This document shows, piece after piece, positions 1 to 12,700 of a stretch of 64,000 nucleotides of DNA. The stretch is from Candidatus Omnitrophota bacterium (GTDB lineage: Bacteria > Omnitrophota > Gorgyraeia > Zapsychrales > Fredricksoniimonadaceae). The position numbers and the translations under genes are program-made. Position 1 is the first letter of the stretch, and every line of letters starts with the position of its first letter. The notes beneath the pieces were generated by a model. That model was not told where the DNA came from. It saw only the letters and a list, made by a program, of their open reading frames with translations, and made no database searches. Location of the stretch: the NCBI GenBank assembly GCA_043742785.1, contig JAYTXU010000002.1, forward strand, positions 9,707 through 73,706. The letters are read 5' to 3'.

Positions 1-715
1 ATCATTAATTCTTTTTTCCCATCCTCTTGTGAAGTCCATCTTAGCAACAGCCGTATTAAACAATTCTTCCGTGATCTTTACTTCTTGGTATTTCATATCA
101 AAGCTATAACCTGACAAGAGATTAATCCGTTTCATCGGAAATTTAGCCGTTGGGTGGTCTACAATTTCGCCGCCTAATTCTTTAATATGCCCTGGGAATG
201 GGTCATTAGCCGTTAACATGCCCCTGATTTCTAGAACAATGTCTTGATATTTTGTATCGTGGTATTTTTCAAAAGCTTTTATGATATTGGTCAGTGTTTT
301 AGAAGAAACATGCCAATGAAACTCATCAATGCTTACCCTAAAATCTATCTTAATTGGTGATAATCCCGCCGGCACTCTTGCCTTAAGAGCGGTAACCAAT
401 TGATCTAAATATTCCTCTGTTCTCTGTTTGCTGGTCGCAAAGTAACCGCTGGTAGACAACGTTATCCTTTGAACCTTTGCTTCTCGGATAAATCTTAAAA
501 CAGTCCCCATTTCACTAACAGCTTCACCGCCTGTCACATCAAGGTTATAAACAGATCTTGCATTAATATACCTAAGCACTCTGTCCAGCTCTTCGAGAGA
601 GAGAATTTTGGCATTCTTTTTAATCGGATTGGCCCGCATCCAACAGAATTCACACTGAACAGGACAATAATCCGTTATTCCTACCAAGATATTATCGAAA
701 TATTCGACTTTGTGA
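1..715 (-). other. Radical-SAM module 2 of the giant ORF (paralog of module 1; continues toward the window edge)
   Basis: GITDYCPVQCEFCWMRANP carries the CX3CX2C cluster at 643-666. It is followed by YNLDVTGGEAVSEMGTVLRFIREAKVQRITLSTSGYFAT. It is collinear with module 1 over its whole visible length. The last visible residues are ...AKMDFTRGWEKRIND at position 1. Confidence 0.7.
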
Positions 716-3700
716 GGGGTGCTTAGAGGTTCCCAGCGAGTCGAACTATTATGATTCTCAATCAATTTGATTAATTCGTGATAAACAAAATCTTTTAACT
801 CGCCATCTTTAAGAAGATCCGACACTGCAAGAAAATGGTTATTCGCCGCAATAGACCGATCCCTTATATTGAGACGCTTGCGGGATGCAATATCTAAAAC
901 AGTGTTCAATCCAAACATCCTCAAAGCTACAACAAGAGGGTCACGTGTTAAACGGCTCTCCACTTCCTTAGAGAAATTGCTATTGTTTGCATTCCCCAGT
1001 TGAAAATCTTTAGCTAAATATTCATGAACAGAAACCGCACCGTCATAACTGATCGATATATTTGTGCTGTCTTCTTTGCCTTCTACCAATTTGGCATCTT
1101 TTTCCAGCCTCTTTTCATAACCTCTGTGGAATTTCTTTTGAGCCAATGTCGTATCTAACATCTCATCCATGAGTTTCACTTCACCATAACGAACGATGAA
1201 TTTGTATTCGGAAGGAAGAACAGCTTTCTTAACAGGATAATTTCCATGCTGCGCCTCTTCTATAATACTTCCACCTAATGATTGGATTATTCCTGGAATC
1301 GGGTCACTATCGATTAAGATGCCTTTAAGAATCAGGGAAATATCCTTATACTTCCCAGCCCAATGCTTTTCGAATATTTTAATAATACGAACAATGTTCT
1401 CGGCTGATACACGAGAATGAAATTCATCTGTGCTTAAAACAAAATCTACTTTTAAAGAATCTTTTCCATCTCCCCTTCTTTGAGTGAGAGCTGCCACTAT
1501 TTCATCCAGCTTTTTCTCTGTTTTATATTCATTAGTCGCGTAATAGCCACTGGTAAATATCGTAATGTGTTTAACCTCTGCCTCGCGGATAATCTTTACT
1601 ATCGACTCCATCGCATCAAGAGCTTCCCCACCTGACAATAAAAGGCGATACACGTGTTTTTCTTTAATAAAGGCAAGAATTCTATCGATCGCCTCAAAAT
1701 TTAATGCCGTGCTTTTTTTCTTATTAGGGTTAGCATGCATGAAACAAAATGAGCACTGTACCGGACAGAAATTCGTGAGGCCAATAGCAATACTGTCAAA
1801 CTGCTTGATCGACACAGGGGTCTTAAGAAGAATCCATGACGCCTGGCTGTTCTCTTGTGCTTTGACCAGATTCCAGTTTCTTCTGATATCATCCGGAGTC
1901 AATCGTTCAAACAAATCAAAAATCACTTCTCGGTATTGAGACGCGGTTGTTCCGATGGCAATTGTTATTGGAGAATCTCCTGTTTCTTTTTGAATTCTTC
2001 TAGAAAGATCAGCTATCATAAATTCACGTGTTCCTGCCTGGAACATCTCTTTGACCAATGGAACACGCAAAACTTGTCGGGAACCTTTTGCATCTTGAGC
2101 AAAAACGACCACATACTGCTGATGTTGAACATTTCTTGAGGCAGCTAATTGCTTGGCCTCTGTCCAGAACTGATCCCACATAGCGGTCAATGGTTCGGCC
2201 TTATAATTCCCTGAAGTAAAAATATTTTTTAACTGTGCTTCATCGGCACCATTAAATATGCTTGGAACAATTCTATTTTTTCGTCTTACGATAAAATGCC
2301 CTATCGCCAGTTGATCTAATCCTTCACCATAAAAATACGTGTTTAGAGCATCTTCTGGCGTCTCAACAATCGGGCCTCGCTTATTGAACGATGTGTTTAA
2401 GACTCCTGGAACACCCGTGCTCTTTCCTAATTCACCTAACAATAACCAATACAGAAGATTAGCTTCACGGGACACTGTTTGAGGACGGGTAGTTCCATCA
2501 TCTGAATGAACGCCTGCTCTTATAATGCTTTTCTTGTCTTCTTTCACAGGGAAAGCTATTGTCATAAAAGGAGCTCTGCTTACTCCCTCTAAGAATTCTA
2601 CCGCGTGTTCTTCTTGAATAGATAACGCTGAGGGACGCCATGGTTCACGACCTTTAATCTGGTTAACCTTGAGATTACCTTCTGGATCATTTAATCGATT
2701 TAAAATGCTTCTGTTCCCCAAGGCCCTCGGTCCTAATTCCGCACCACCCTGGAACCAAGCAACCGTCTTATCCTCCACGATAGCTTCTGCAACTTCTTTG
2801 ACCAATTGCTCATCACTTCCCATACGCTCATAATCAACACTCTCAACTAATCCAAAATTATTTAATACACTTTGAATCTCTTCATCAGAATATGTTTTTC
2901 CAAAGGATATTTTTTTAAGTTCATTTTGAACTTGAAGTCCGTACTCTTCATCGGCTACAGAAAGAGCGGCTCCAATGGCTGTCCCATCATCGGCTGGGTA
3001 CGCTGGTACAAATAATTTATCCGCGTCAACGATGCCGTTTTTAATAAGCTTGCCGTTGGCAGAAATGTTCAGAGCAAGACCTCCGCCCATCGCAACATAT
3101 TTCACGCCCTTTGTTTCCATATTCTCATTAAGGTAATAGGACACCATCTCGCTGATTACTTGTTCAACACGTTCCTGCATTACAAATGCCAAATGCGCCA
3201 TATTGCGATCATCCGGCGTTAAATCACGGCCCGTCTTGCCTTCCGGCATTGGCGGTACAATTCTGCCTAATCGCTGAATAAAACTTTCTGAGAATTTAAC
3301 CCCAGGAAGAGCGCTAATCTTTGTTAATTCATAATCATTTTGATTCATTTCAATCTGCTGGGTTTCTTTATTAAACCGTATCAATTCCTGCATCATTGCT
3401 CTTAATTGAGAAACAGTTTTCTCTTCTTCATTATCTCTTGGCGCTCCATAAGGAGCGTAACCCATCACCTTGCCTTCATCATTTCTGCGATAGCCTAAGT
3501 ACACGGTGATGATATGATAGAAATGCCCTAAGGAATGAGTAAATGGAGTCGTACGCGCAATCTTCTTTAATTTCCCCTCTTTAGCTAACCAAACGGTTGT
3601 TGATTCATCTTCTCCCTGACCATCGATGGAGATAACTACCGTGGGCTCTGTAAATCCGCTGGCATAATACGCTGCCGCTGCGTGGGCCTTATGATGCTTA

Positions 3701-6700
3701 ACAAAGGTGACTGGAGGAACATATTGTGTTCCATAACTAATCGCTAAATCTTTTAGAAATGCTTGGAATTTGTCTGTGTTATATCGTTGATACGATTCCT
3801 TAAAAGGAAGGCCATGTTTCTGACGATACTCAGAGTGCGGATCCTTACTGCCGGGAGTCTCCCGATAGAAGTTATAATCATAGCTGACTGCAATGTGATG
3901 AATATCTTCCCAGTTGATTCCGTAAGCTTTTAATAAATAACGAGTTGCTTCTTTGGGGAAATACGCTGTTGTGTGTTTATCAAGATTAAGCCGCTCTTCT
4001 TCAATAGCCCCGATTAAAACCCCGTCTTTAATTAAAGACGCCACTGAATCATGCCCCGCGCGAACGACACCTAGAATATAGACAGGTTTGTTCTGCTGCT
4101 TTATGTCATCACGAGAATCACGATGATAAATTTTTACAGCCACCTCAGAGGAAGTCACAGCCTGTTTAACATAAAATCTATTGATTAATCCAAGCCGTTC
4201 ATTGATCTCTTGTCCTTTTTTATGAATCTTGATCACCTGCGTTTCCGTGACAATTGTTACTACACCGTCTTTCCAATCAACTCTTTGAATCCCTTTGATC
4301 AAAGATAATATTTCTATCACTGTTTTCTTTTGAGCTAAATAAATTAAAATTCCTGCTACAGCCAATACTCCTAATCCTACCCATCCCCATTGAGCAATGG
4401 TTAAACCTAAAATTGTTTTAACAACCGGCAAGACAGTTGCCTTGGCTGTGATATTTACCGTTTGCGCTGAAGCAGACAGAGCAATGCTTAAAAGGCCTGT
4501 TGAAATCAGCGCTGCAAGACTTGTTCTGTGCATTAATCCTTTGCTAAGTCTTCCTCTGAATTTCATAATCCCATTAGCGCCACCTAATTCTCGTCTATTA
4601 AAAGTAATCCGATTGTTCTGTTTTTCTTTTTGTTTTGTTAAAACAAATCGCGTTCTACATTCTAAAGCGTACCCAATGTATAGTGGTCTTGCCTGCGGAT
4701 GATCATTTTGGAAAGATTCCAAATTCTCAATCACTTTAATATCAAACTGATCTCTTAACTGAGAAGCCACTCTATGTTCAAACATATTAAGAGTCCCTTG
4801 AGACATAAAGAACTTCTTATCTAAGACATAGGCATTGATGGCTGCTTCCTTACTGACTGCTCCAAAACCAAAAGATTTCATCAAAACATCTAAAAGCGTT
4901 AAATTTAAAATATCTTCGTGTGCTAAAACTGTTTCAGGGAAGGTGTCAAAATATAATTTTATCAATGGACGTAAAAACCCTTTGTTGCGCAACTCGCTGC
5001 TAATAGAAACTCCCCTTAGAGCATATTGACCATCCTCTAAACGAATACTATAAATAAACATCTCGTTTCCAAGATCTTGTCCGTTTTCATCAATAAGATT
5101 CAAATAAATTCGATTGTAGATCTTATTCTCTATTGGATAATCTCTTACTCCCTCAATACGGAATTGATGTCCATTGATCCTTACAGTCTGCGGTGTTGTA
5201 CTTTGTGTTGGAACCGTTATCGATTGAAGATTCGGAAAAACAACATTTTGTGAACGTACAAACATAATTAGTACTGCTACAAAAATTCCCACCATCGCTA
5301 ACACACCTAATCCTATCCATCCCCATTGAACGATGGTCAATCCAAGAATTATTTTGGTTGCGACTACAACTGCAGATTTACTTGCAATAACTGTTGTTTC
5401 TGCAGAAGCAGATCTAGCCAAACTTAAAATTCCAATAGAAAGTAATATCATCAACGTCGTCGAACTGCCCCCGTCAAAATTCTCTTTACCATTTTGTTTA
5501 ACAATCGCTGTCTTGCTCTTTTTCATCCAACCTAAAAAGACAGTGCCGATTCTTTTTAAGACGAACGCCCCAAGAATTGCAGCAACGATGCTGGCTAAAG
5601 CCACGGCTACCTTACGTGCTAAAACATAATCAAACACCAAAACAGGCTTCCTTGGGGCAGGCCTGCCTGCCGGTGAGGCAGGGTGAGATACAACGGGTTT
5701 AGGATTATTCTGTTTCGGTGTTAATAAAGAAGTTGCTACGCCAGCTCCCACATTTGTTGCCTGTGGTGATACACGGGAATCACCACGCTTATTACCTGGG
5801 GCAGGGTGAGTAGCTGGCGTTAAATTATTTGTTTGAGCACTGCGAATAGCATTAGTTGAAGTTTTAGATGTTGCGTTTGTCTTTAATGTGATGACCGTCT
5901 TAGCGGCAGCTGTGTTGGAAGACACATTAACAACAGCATTGGTTGCTGGGTGTAAATTAACACGCCCCTTGGAAACATCCCCGCTAACAAATTCTAACGT
6001 GTCCCCTATTTGGATATTATGCTCTTGTGCGTACCCACTGCTTACTTCCAGGACATAGACAGCGTTTTGTTGAGACTCATTTCTTAATTGTTTGCTTGGC
6101 TCATCCTTACTAGCATTCTTTGTGATATGAATAATTTGCATTTGCTTATTAAGCCAGAGAATATCGATATTAAATTTCATATTAGGCATCGCAAATGCTG
6201 AATTGTGTACGCCTAAAAATAACATCCCCGCATTAGCTGCTAAATTAATTCTGTTGCTTAAACCATTTTCTTTTTTCTTTTGACTAACAGCCGCTTCAAC
6301 TTTGAGTTCAGCTTTGACCTCTTTGCCTAATAATCCTCGAATGATACCTCTTCCTACATCGCCATCTTTTCTAAGATAATCCGTTGCTTGAAATTTCGTA
6401 TCCTTTCCGGCTACACTTTCTACTTGTTTAACGCTAGCGATCTTTGACATTTCTGCCAAGCCTTCTTCAATCTCACGGGAAGTGGTGCATGCTAACGTTT
6501 TTCTTTGTAATTCTTGTTCTGACTCAAGTCGACTAAATACTTCCGAAGTGCTCATTACAGGGTTTGTTTGTTTTATTGAGCGACGATAGTCATTCCAAAT
6601 TTGTTCTGCGGTTGATATCTTCCTGTCTTCTGACTCCCTCTCTCTTCCTAAAAGTTCCCCTGCGAATGAACGGTTTCCTCTGACTAATCTTTCTTCTTCA

Positions 6701-9700
6701 ACTCTCTTTTGTTCCGCTTGAAGAGTGTTGTAATAACTAAAGTCTTCGGCAAAACCTGTGTCGGTGGGGAATGGTTTGGTATCTAGTACAACTTCGTATG
6801 GAACCACGAAATTTAATTCTTTCCATTTCTTAATAAGAGCATCAACTCCTTCAGAATCTTTTTCTGTCTCCATACGCTCTTCTGCTGCAGGACTATTTCG
6901 TTTTATTAACTTTCGTACAATAGAAAGTGATAACAAACTTAGCGATAATCCCCCTACGATTAAACGCCAATTATCATTAATAAATTTAAAAACGCCAGCT
7001 GCCACATTTGTTGCCTGTGGTGATACACGGGAATCACCACGCTTATTACCTGGGGCAGGGGGATCAGCTGGCGTTAAATTATTTGTTTGAGCACTGCGAA
7101 CAGCATTAGTTGAAGTTTTAGATGTTGCGTTTGTCTTTACTGTGATGACCGTCTTAGCGGCAGCTGTGTTGGAAGACACATTAACAACAGCATTGGTTGC
7201 TGAAGAAACTTTATTTACAACTTGAGCAGGGACAATTTTGTTGAATAGTTCTTTTTGAATCGCATCTTTATTGATATATCCAATCCTAAGGACTGTGGCA
7301 ATCATCAAAGAAGCAATAACTACCTTAATCTTATTCTGAGCGATCATCTTTATTGTATTCTTAGCAACATGAATTCCTGCTAACACGCTAAAGACAACTA
7401 GTGCAACCGCTTGACTTATTGCTTCCACTCCGATGAAGGACATGACACGGTTAACATTGAGGCTATAAGCCCCTGGCTTGCTGTTAATCTTAGCTGGAGT
7501 ATATTCCATTTGAGTTGTAAGCCAATCAATCTTCTCAAGCTGCACAATGGTGGGATTGTTATTGAGAATGCGTTCAGCTTTCTCAATCTCCGCGATTAAA
7601 TGATCCACGTTACCGATTCTTTGAAGTTCAGCGACATATTTCTTCAAGTATTCGATGCGGTTACGTAAATCATACGCAAACGGACTATAATTTGTTGCTG
7701 TTTGTGACCTGCCAACAAGTTCATTAATTTCTTTTTGAGCAGGATAAACATACTTATTGTCTTTTACATATTCTGGCTTACCCGCAATGGCTGTATTACT
7801 TAAGACTGTCAAAGCTCGTAATACGGCTGGCAAATTAACACGTGTATACATCTTGCGTGAATGACCAGGATATACGTGGAACAATCCGATCATTTCAATT
7901 GCTTCGTCCTTCTTATTATCAGGAATATCTCCCCATTTCTCAACTTTAACACCTAAATCAGTAATTGTTTTCTGTAATCGATCTTCTGCATTACGAGAAA
8001 ATTTAAAAATAGATCCTAAATTATATTGTAGACGTTCAATCTGATCGATCACTCCCCAAGTAAAGGCAAATATAATATGTGCAAAATTCTTCCTCATATC
8101 TTTCGCCTTATTATCTGTGCGGGCTGGATTAAAGAAGAATGGAGCTGCAATCCCTGCTAAAGGCATTAATAAAGTGAAGGCCCATAAAATAGCCTTAGTT
8201 GGATGGAAACCAATTGCAATAAAGACTAAAAGACCAAAACCTGCAGCTGTTTGAATAGCAGGAGCGCTGCGCATATAAACTGTATTCCAATCCAATTCAC
8301 GTTCAATATTAGCTCCCTTACCACCTGTACTAATGAAACGACCTAGGCGATTGGCAGCTAGTTTCCCAATCGTTTCGTTATAAACAAAAATCATGTGTAC
8401 ATAATAAGTAAATAATCTTGGAAATCCTTTAATTGTCTTTGCGATGCCTCCAACGTATCCATTAGCACGGTCAAAAATATTATAGAGGAATAAACCGTTA
8501 CTGATTGCTTGTGATAAGGCCAATGATCCAACCCATAACACAACAGGTAATCCTGAGAATAAGTTCCAATCAAGAACTAAATAGAATGGTACTAGCCATT
8601 TAAGGTAGCGGATAATCGCTGGCTTCTTTAAATAGAAACCAAATCCATCCAACCATAAATTGTTTACTAAATATGGCCAATCAACATATGGAGACATCAT
8701 CATCTTTAAATTCGTACGACCCGTTATAGATTCTACAGAGTCATAAGACCACTTACGGATTGGGTTGCGAGCTGCCTGGAATTGATTCGGCCAACCCTTC
8801 TCATCTTTAACATAACCAGCATATCCAGAAATATAACCAACACGACGATAAGCCATTGTTGTCAAAGCATCTTCAGCTACATAAGAATCGGTAATACCTT
8901 CAGACCAACGCAAAGCAGAAACACGTTCAAAAAGTTTACCGTAGGTTGTAAGCCCGCCGAAGAGCATCTTGCCCCTCATGGAGTGATAATAAAATGCATT
9001 TTCAGAAGTTGGCATTACTGAACCTAAAGGACCAATATCTTGAGTAATGGTATGTTTTACCACTGGCGTTGAGGTCGCTAATCCTGGATTATAGAAATAT
9101 TCATTAATATGGGCCAAAATAAACTGACTGTCTGCTATGTTAGTACGATGATCCGCATCAATATTCAACGCCACTGGTCCAATAATATAAGGAAGTTCTG
9201 ATGTCTTTTGGTTCCATTTAGAACGATGATAGATTTCTTGTTCATCACCAAACCTAGGAAGATTAGTTCCTTCAAATAAAAGAGCTGGGAACACTCTTTG
9301 TTTATAAACAAGGTTAAATAAATTCTTACTTCCTTCTTCATTTCTTAATAAATTGTCGATCACTTCTAAAGAAAGGCCTTTTATAGATTGTCCATTAGCA
9401 TCGATCTTTGCAGTATTTGTATAATTAGTTTCAATAAGAACATCTACAATCTCTCTTAATTTATTATTTAATACTCCATTGAGCTTATGAACAGCTGATA
9501 AATTTCGATCCATAATACGGAATCTGCTATACGCCCATTCATTGTCCATTCCAAACTGTTCTGCAATAGCTTCATAAATAACGAACATTGCTTCCTGATG
9601 AGAACGAGCATTGTTATAGCCCGTTGGTAATTGACGATTAGCCCATTCTTTAATCTGTGGCCAAATACTCCAAATTTCTATTCCCTCTGGCTTATGCATA

Positions 9701-12700
9701 GGTTTCTTAATCATCTTAAGCAATTCACTTCTTTCATTTGAATTTTCTGCTGTTAAGTGTCTTACCATCAACAAGAAAGCTTCTGTCTTATCCTTAGCCA
9801 ACATACCTAAACGATGCGTAAACTGAACTGTTTCTCCTGGAAGATCCGTTCCTAAAAGACCTACATTATTAAACCAGTAATCTTCAGTCGCACCATTAAT
9901 TAAAACTGTCATAGGAATGGTTTCATCAGCACTGGCTGGCTCTACGCCTTTATCCAAACGATAATTCCCATTGATATATTCAATAATACGAACCATTCCT
10001 GTTCGATCATCATTCTTAGCTCTAATTCCATTAACAATCACTGGCTTAGCTAATGCTTTAACCAACGCTTTGAGTTCAGCACGTAAAGCATTTACAGTTG
10101 TTTCTGAAGTATTAATTGTTTCGCTTAATTCTCTTAAACGAACAACTAGGTCAGTTCTATTGTCAATGGCCTTCCCTTGAGCAAAATAGTTATACCCATT
10201 ATCATTAACCATCTGTCCAACAATCCTGCTGAAAAATGCTAAGCGAACTTGACCTTGAGTCGCAAAACGATTAGCTCCGGTTGTTGGTGTTTTATCAGTA
10301 AATAATTTCATCAACCGATTTACTGCTTGTCTAGCGTTGCCTTTATTTTTAAGCTCATACACATTATTGACCCAGTTGTATCCGAAGCTAGCCATACCCA
10401 TAAACAAATAATTAGCGGCATAGAAGCTTAATCTCCAGGTTTCAATAAAGATGAGGGCGGGGATAATACGAAGCGGCCATTGTGCCCAAGCTGGAACTGC
10501 AAAGATAACCATGGCGCCAGATGGTAAAATCATTGACCAAGGAGTGATCAAAGCTCCTATCATGCTTAACGCTTGTAAGCCATAGAACATGATTAACCGT
10601 GCGCGAAGAGCTTTGAATGCAGATTTCTTTTCCTTCTCAAGATCTACAATCTTGGTTTGATCCTTTTCATCCTTTATTTGTGCTTCAATATCAGCAATAT
10701 CTGCTTCTAGCTTTTTACGTAATGGATTTTTAACTAAAGCACCTGCGATGAGATTGAAGATCGAAGCTCCTGCTGCCATAATGACTGCCCATGGCATGGT
10801 CATAAAGTTGGTTACCCCAACACCCTTTAGTAAAAGCCCTGCAGCTGGGAAGGCTAACCAAACAAATAAGGCAGTTACAGAAGCAATTAAAACATAATGG
10901 TAAGCCCTTCTCATCAAATCACGAGCTGTTTGATTATACGGACCACCTTTTGAGAAGATCGCATGACGCCAATTCTTGCTTTTTAATAAAGTCCATAAGG
11001 CTATTGCATTAATCTTCCACATCGCTAAACGTGTTTTGACAACTGGCATGCCAATTGCCTGATCAACGGTGTTAACAAAGGCAAGCATCAAAGGTTTAAA
11101 TTCACGTAAGAAGTCTTGAATAGCAGCTTCACGCTGGACAAAAGGAACATCTAATAACGTTTGCATCTCGAAAAGCTTTTGTTCAATTCTACGACGAAGA
11201 GGATCTATGTTGGTCATTACTTCTGCAGGAATTGCCCCTCCTGGCATATTCGCTGTAGCATCTTTTTGACCTAATAGATAACGGAAGGTATCGTTATAAA
11301 TTTCTTCAGTGATAATTTCATGGAAATAAGCTACCTTGCCTTTAGGATCACGGTTATCTTCAATTCTCTTTTGAATTTCATTAAATAGAAGAACATGGAA
11401 GACTTGTTTAAAAATTTTGACCTTATTAAGGAAGTTTGCCCCAACAAAGCTATTATTAGTCGTCAACGCAGGATAAGCATACTTAGCCCAGAGATACTCT
11501 TCTGCTCTTCCTTGTCCTGCTAATCCAAAGAGCGCGCGTTGGAAGATGACTTGCATAACAAATAACTTCTCAACAGAAACTAATGCGCTGCGGACTTGAC
11601 GTTGCATATCTGGTCCTTTGCGTAAATCATCCCAAGCATAAACAACCATGCTGCTCTTGATATCAAAATCATTAAAGCTAAAAAGCTCTGGTAATTGACG
11701 AGCATTGAAGATATTAGCAAAGAAGGTTTGCTTTAAAGCTTCGATCTGATTACCAAAGGCATTGTCAAAACCAGTTTCTGTAATGATCTTATTCGCAATA
11801 TTTTTAACATTACCCTGGAAGTCTTTGTGATCACGCATCTTGGCATATAGTTGCACCAAGATCGCTTGAGTTGCACGACGCTTATCAAAGGTATTCACAA
11901 GTTTCTTCACATATAAAGAACCAATCACCTGTTGCACGATTTCAATACTCATGAAGGCGTTCAACATTGTTTCAAAAGACTTAACTGCATTCTTTTCAGC
12001 ATCGTTAATACCGTACAAAGCTGTAAGTTCTTTCATAAATTCAACAATCGTTGCAGTTCTTATTAAACGACCTAAATCTTCTTGGGTAAATGTTTCTTTG
12101 TTAGCTGCATAACGAAATTTCTTAGCATTTTTCATAGCCACATAAAAACGTGCCTTAGTAAACAACGCGCGCAAAGAATGTCCTGATAGAATATGTAAGT
12201 TCTTTAATTCATTCTCAATACGATTCTTAAATTCTTCGTTATTTTTATAAGCTCCATTCATTTGACGATTTCGAACAATAGCCATTGATTGAGCAGGAGT
12301 AAAGCCCATTGATTCAAATGTCTGAACACCCTCATAATTAGCATCAACTTTGGAACGATTGCGCAATTGATAAAAGGTAAAACCAATTCCTGGGATAATA
12401 AACCCAATCATTAAAAGGAGTGTTGCCATTCCTCCGACAAACCACCAAGCGCCAATGCTGATTCTATTTAGCACTCCCATGACAGTGGTTCCTTCTTTAC
12501 CTTCATAAGTAGAAGAAGCAGGATTTGCGATATTGATCTTTACTTCTCGCCCATTTTTCTCAATTAAAGAAATGATATCGTTGTTCTTCATATCTGTAAT
12601 TTTTTGTATTCCCCAAGAAATTGGACTGTTACGGAAAAGATCTTCCATGTTAAATACTGACGGGTATGGAGCCGTGTTACGATTAAATCTATCTGCACTC

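Noticed and set aside
4640-5210. A possible GNAT-type acetyltransferase module in the giant ORF (...FIYSIRLEDGQYALRGVSISSELRNKGFLRPLIKLYFDTFPE...).
   Set aside because: The strand-helix pattern is suggestive, but the acetyl-CoA loop (R/Q-x-x-G-x-G/A) is not convincingly present. It is not reported as a feature without a profile or structure match.
5780-7060. RGD tripeptides (NKRGDSR in both 208-bp repeats; SYRGDLG at the tRNA-derived segment), considered as integrin-type adhesion motifs.
   Set aside because: A tripeptide is expected by chance several times in >15,000 residues. One copy is a by-product of the tRNA acceptor stem. There is no supporting context.
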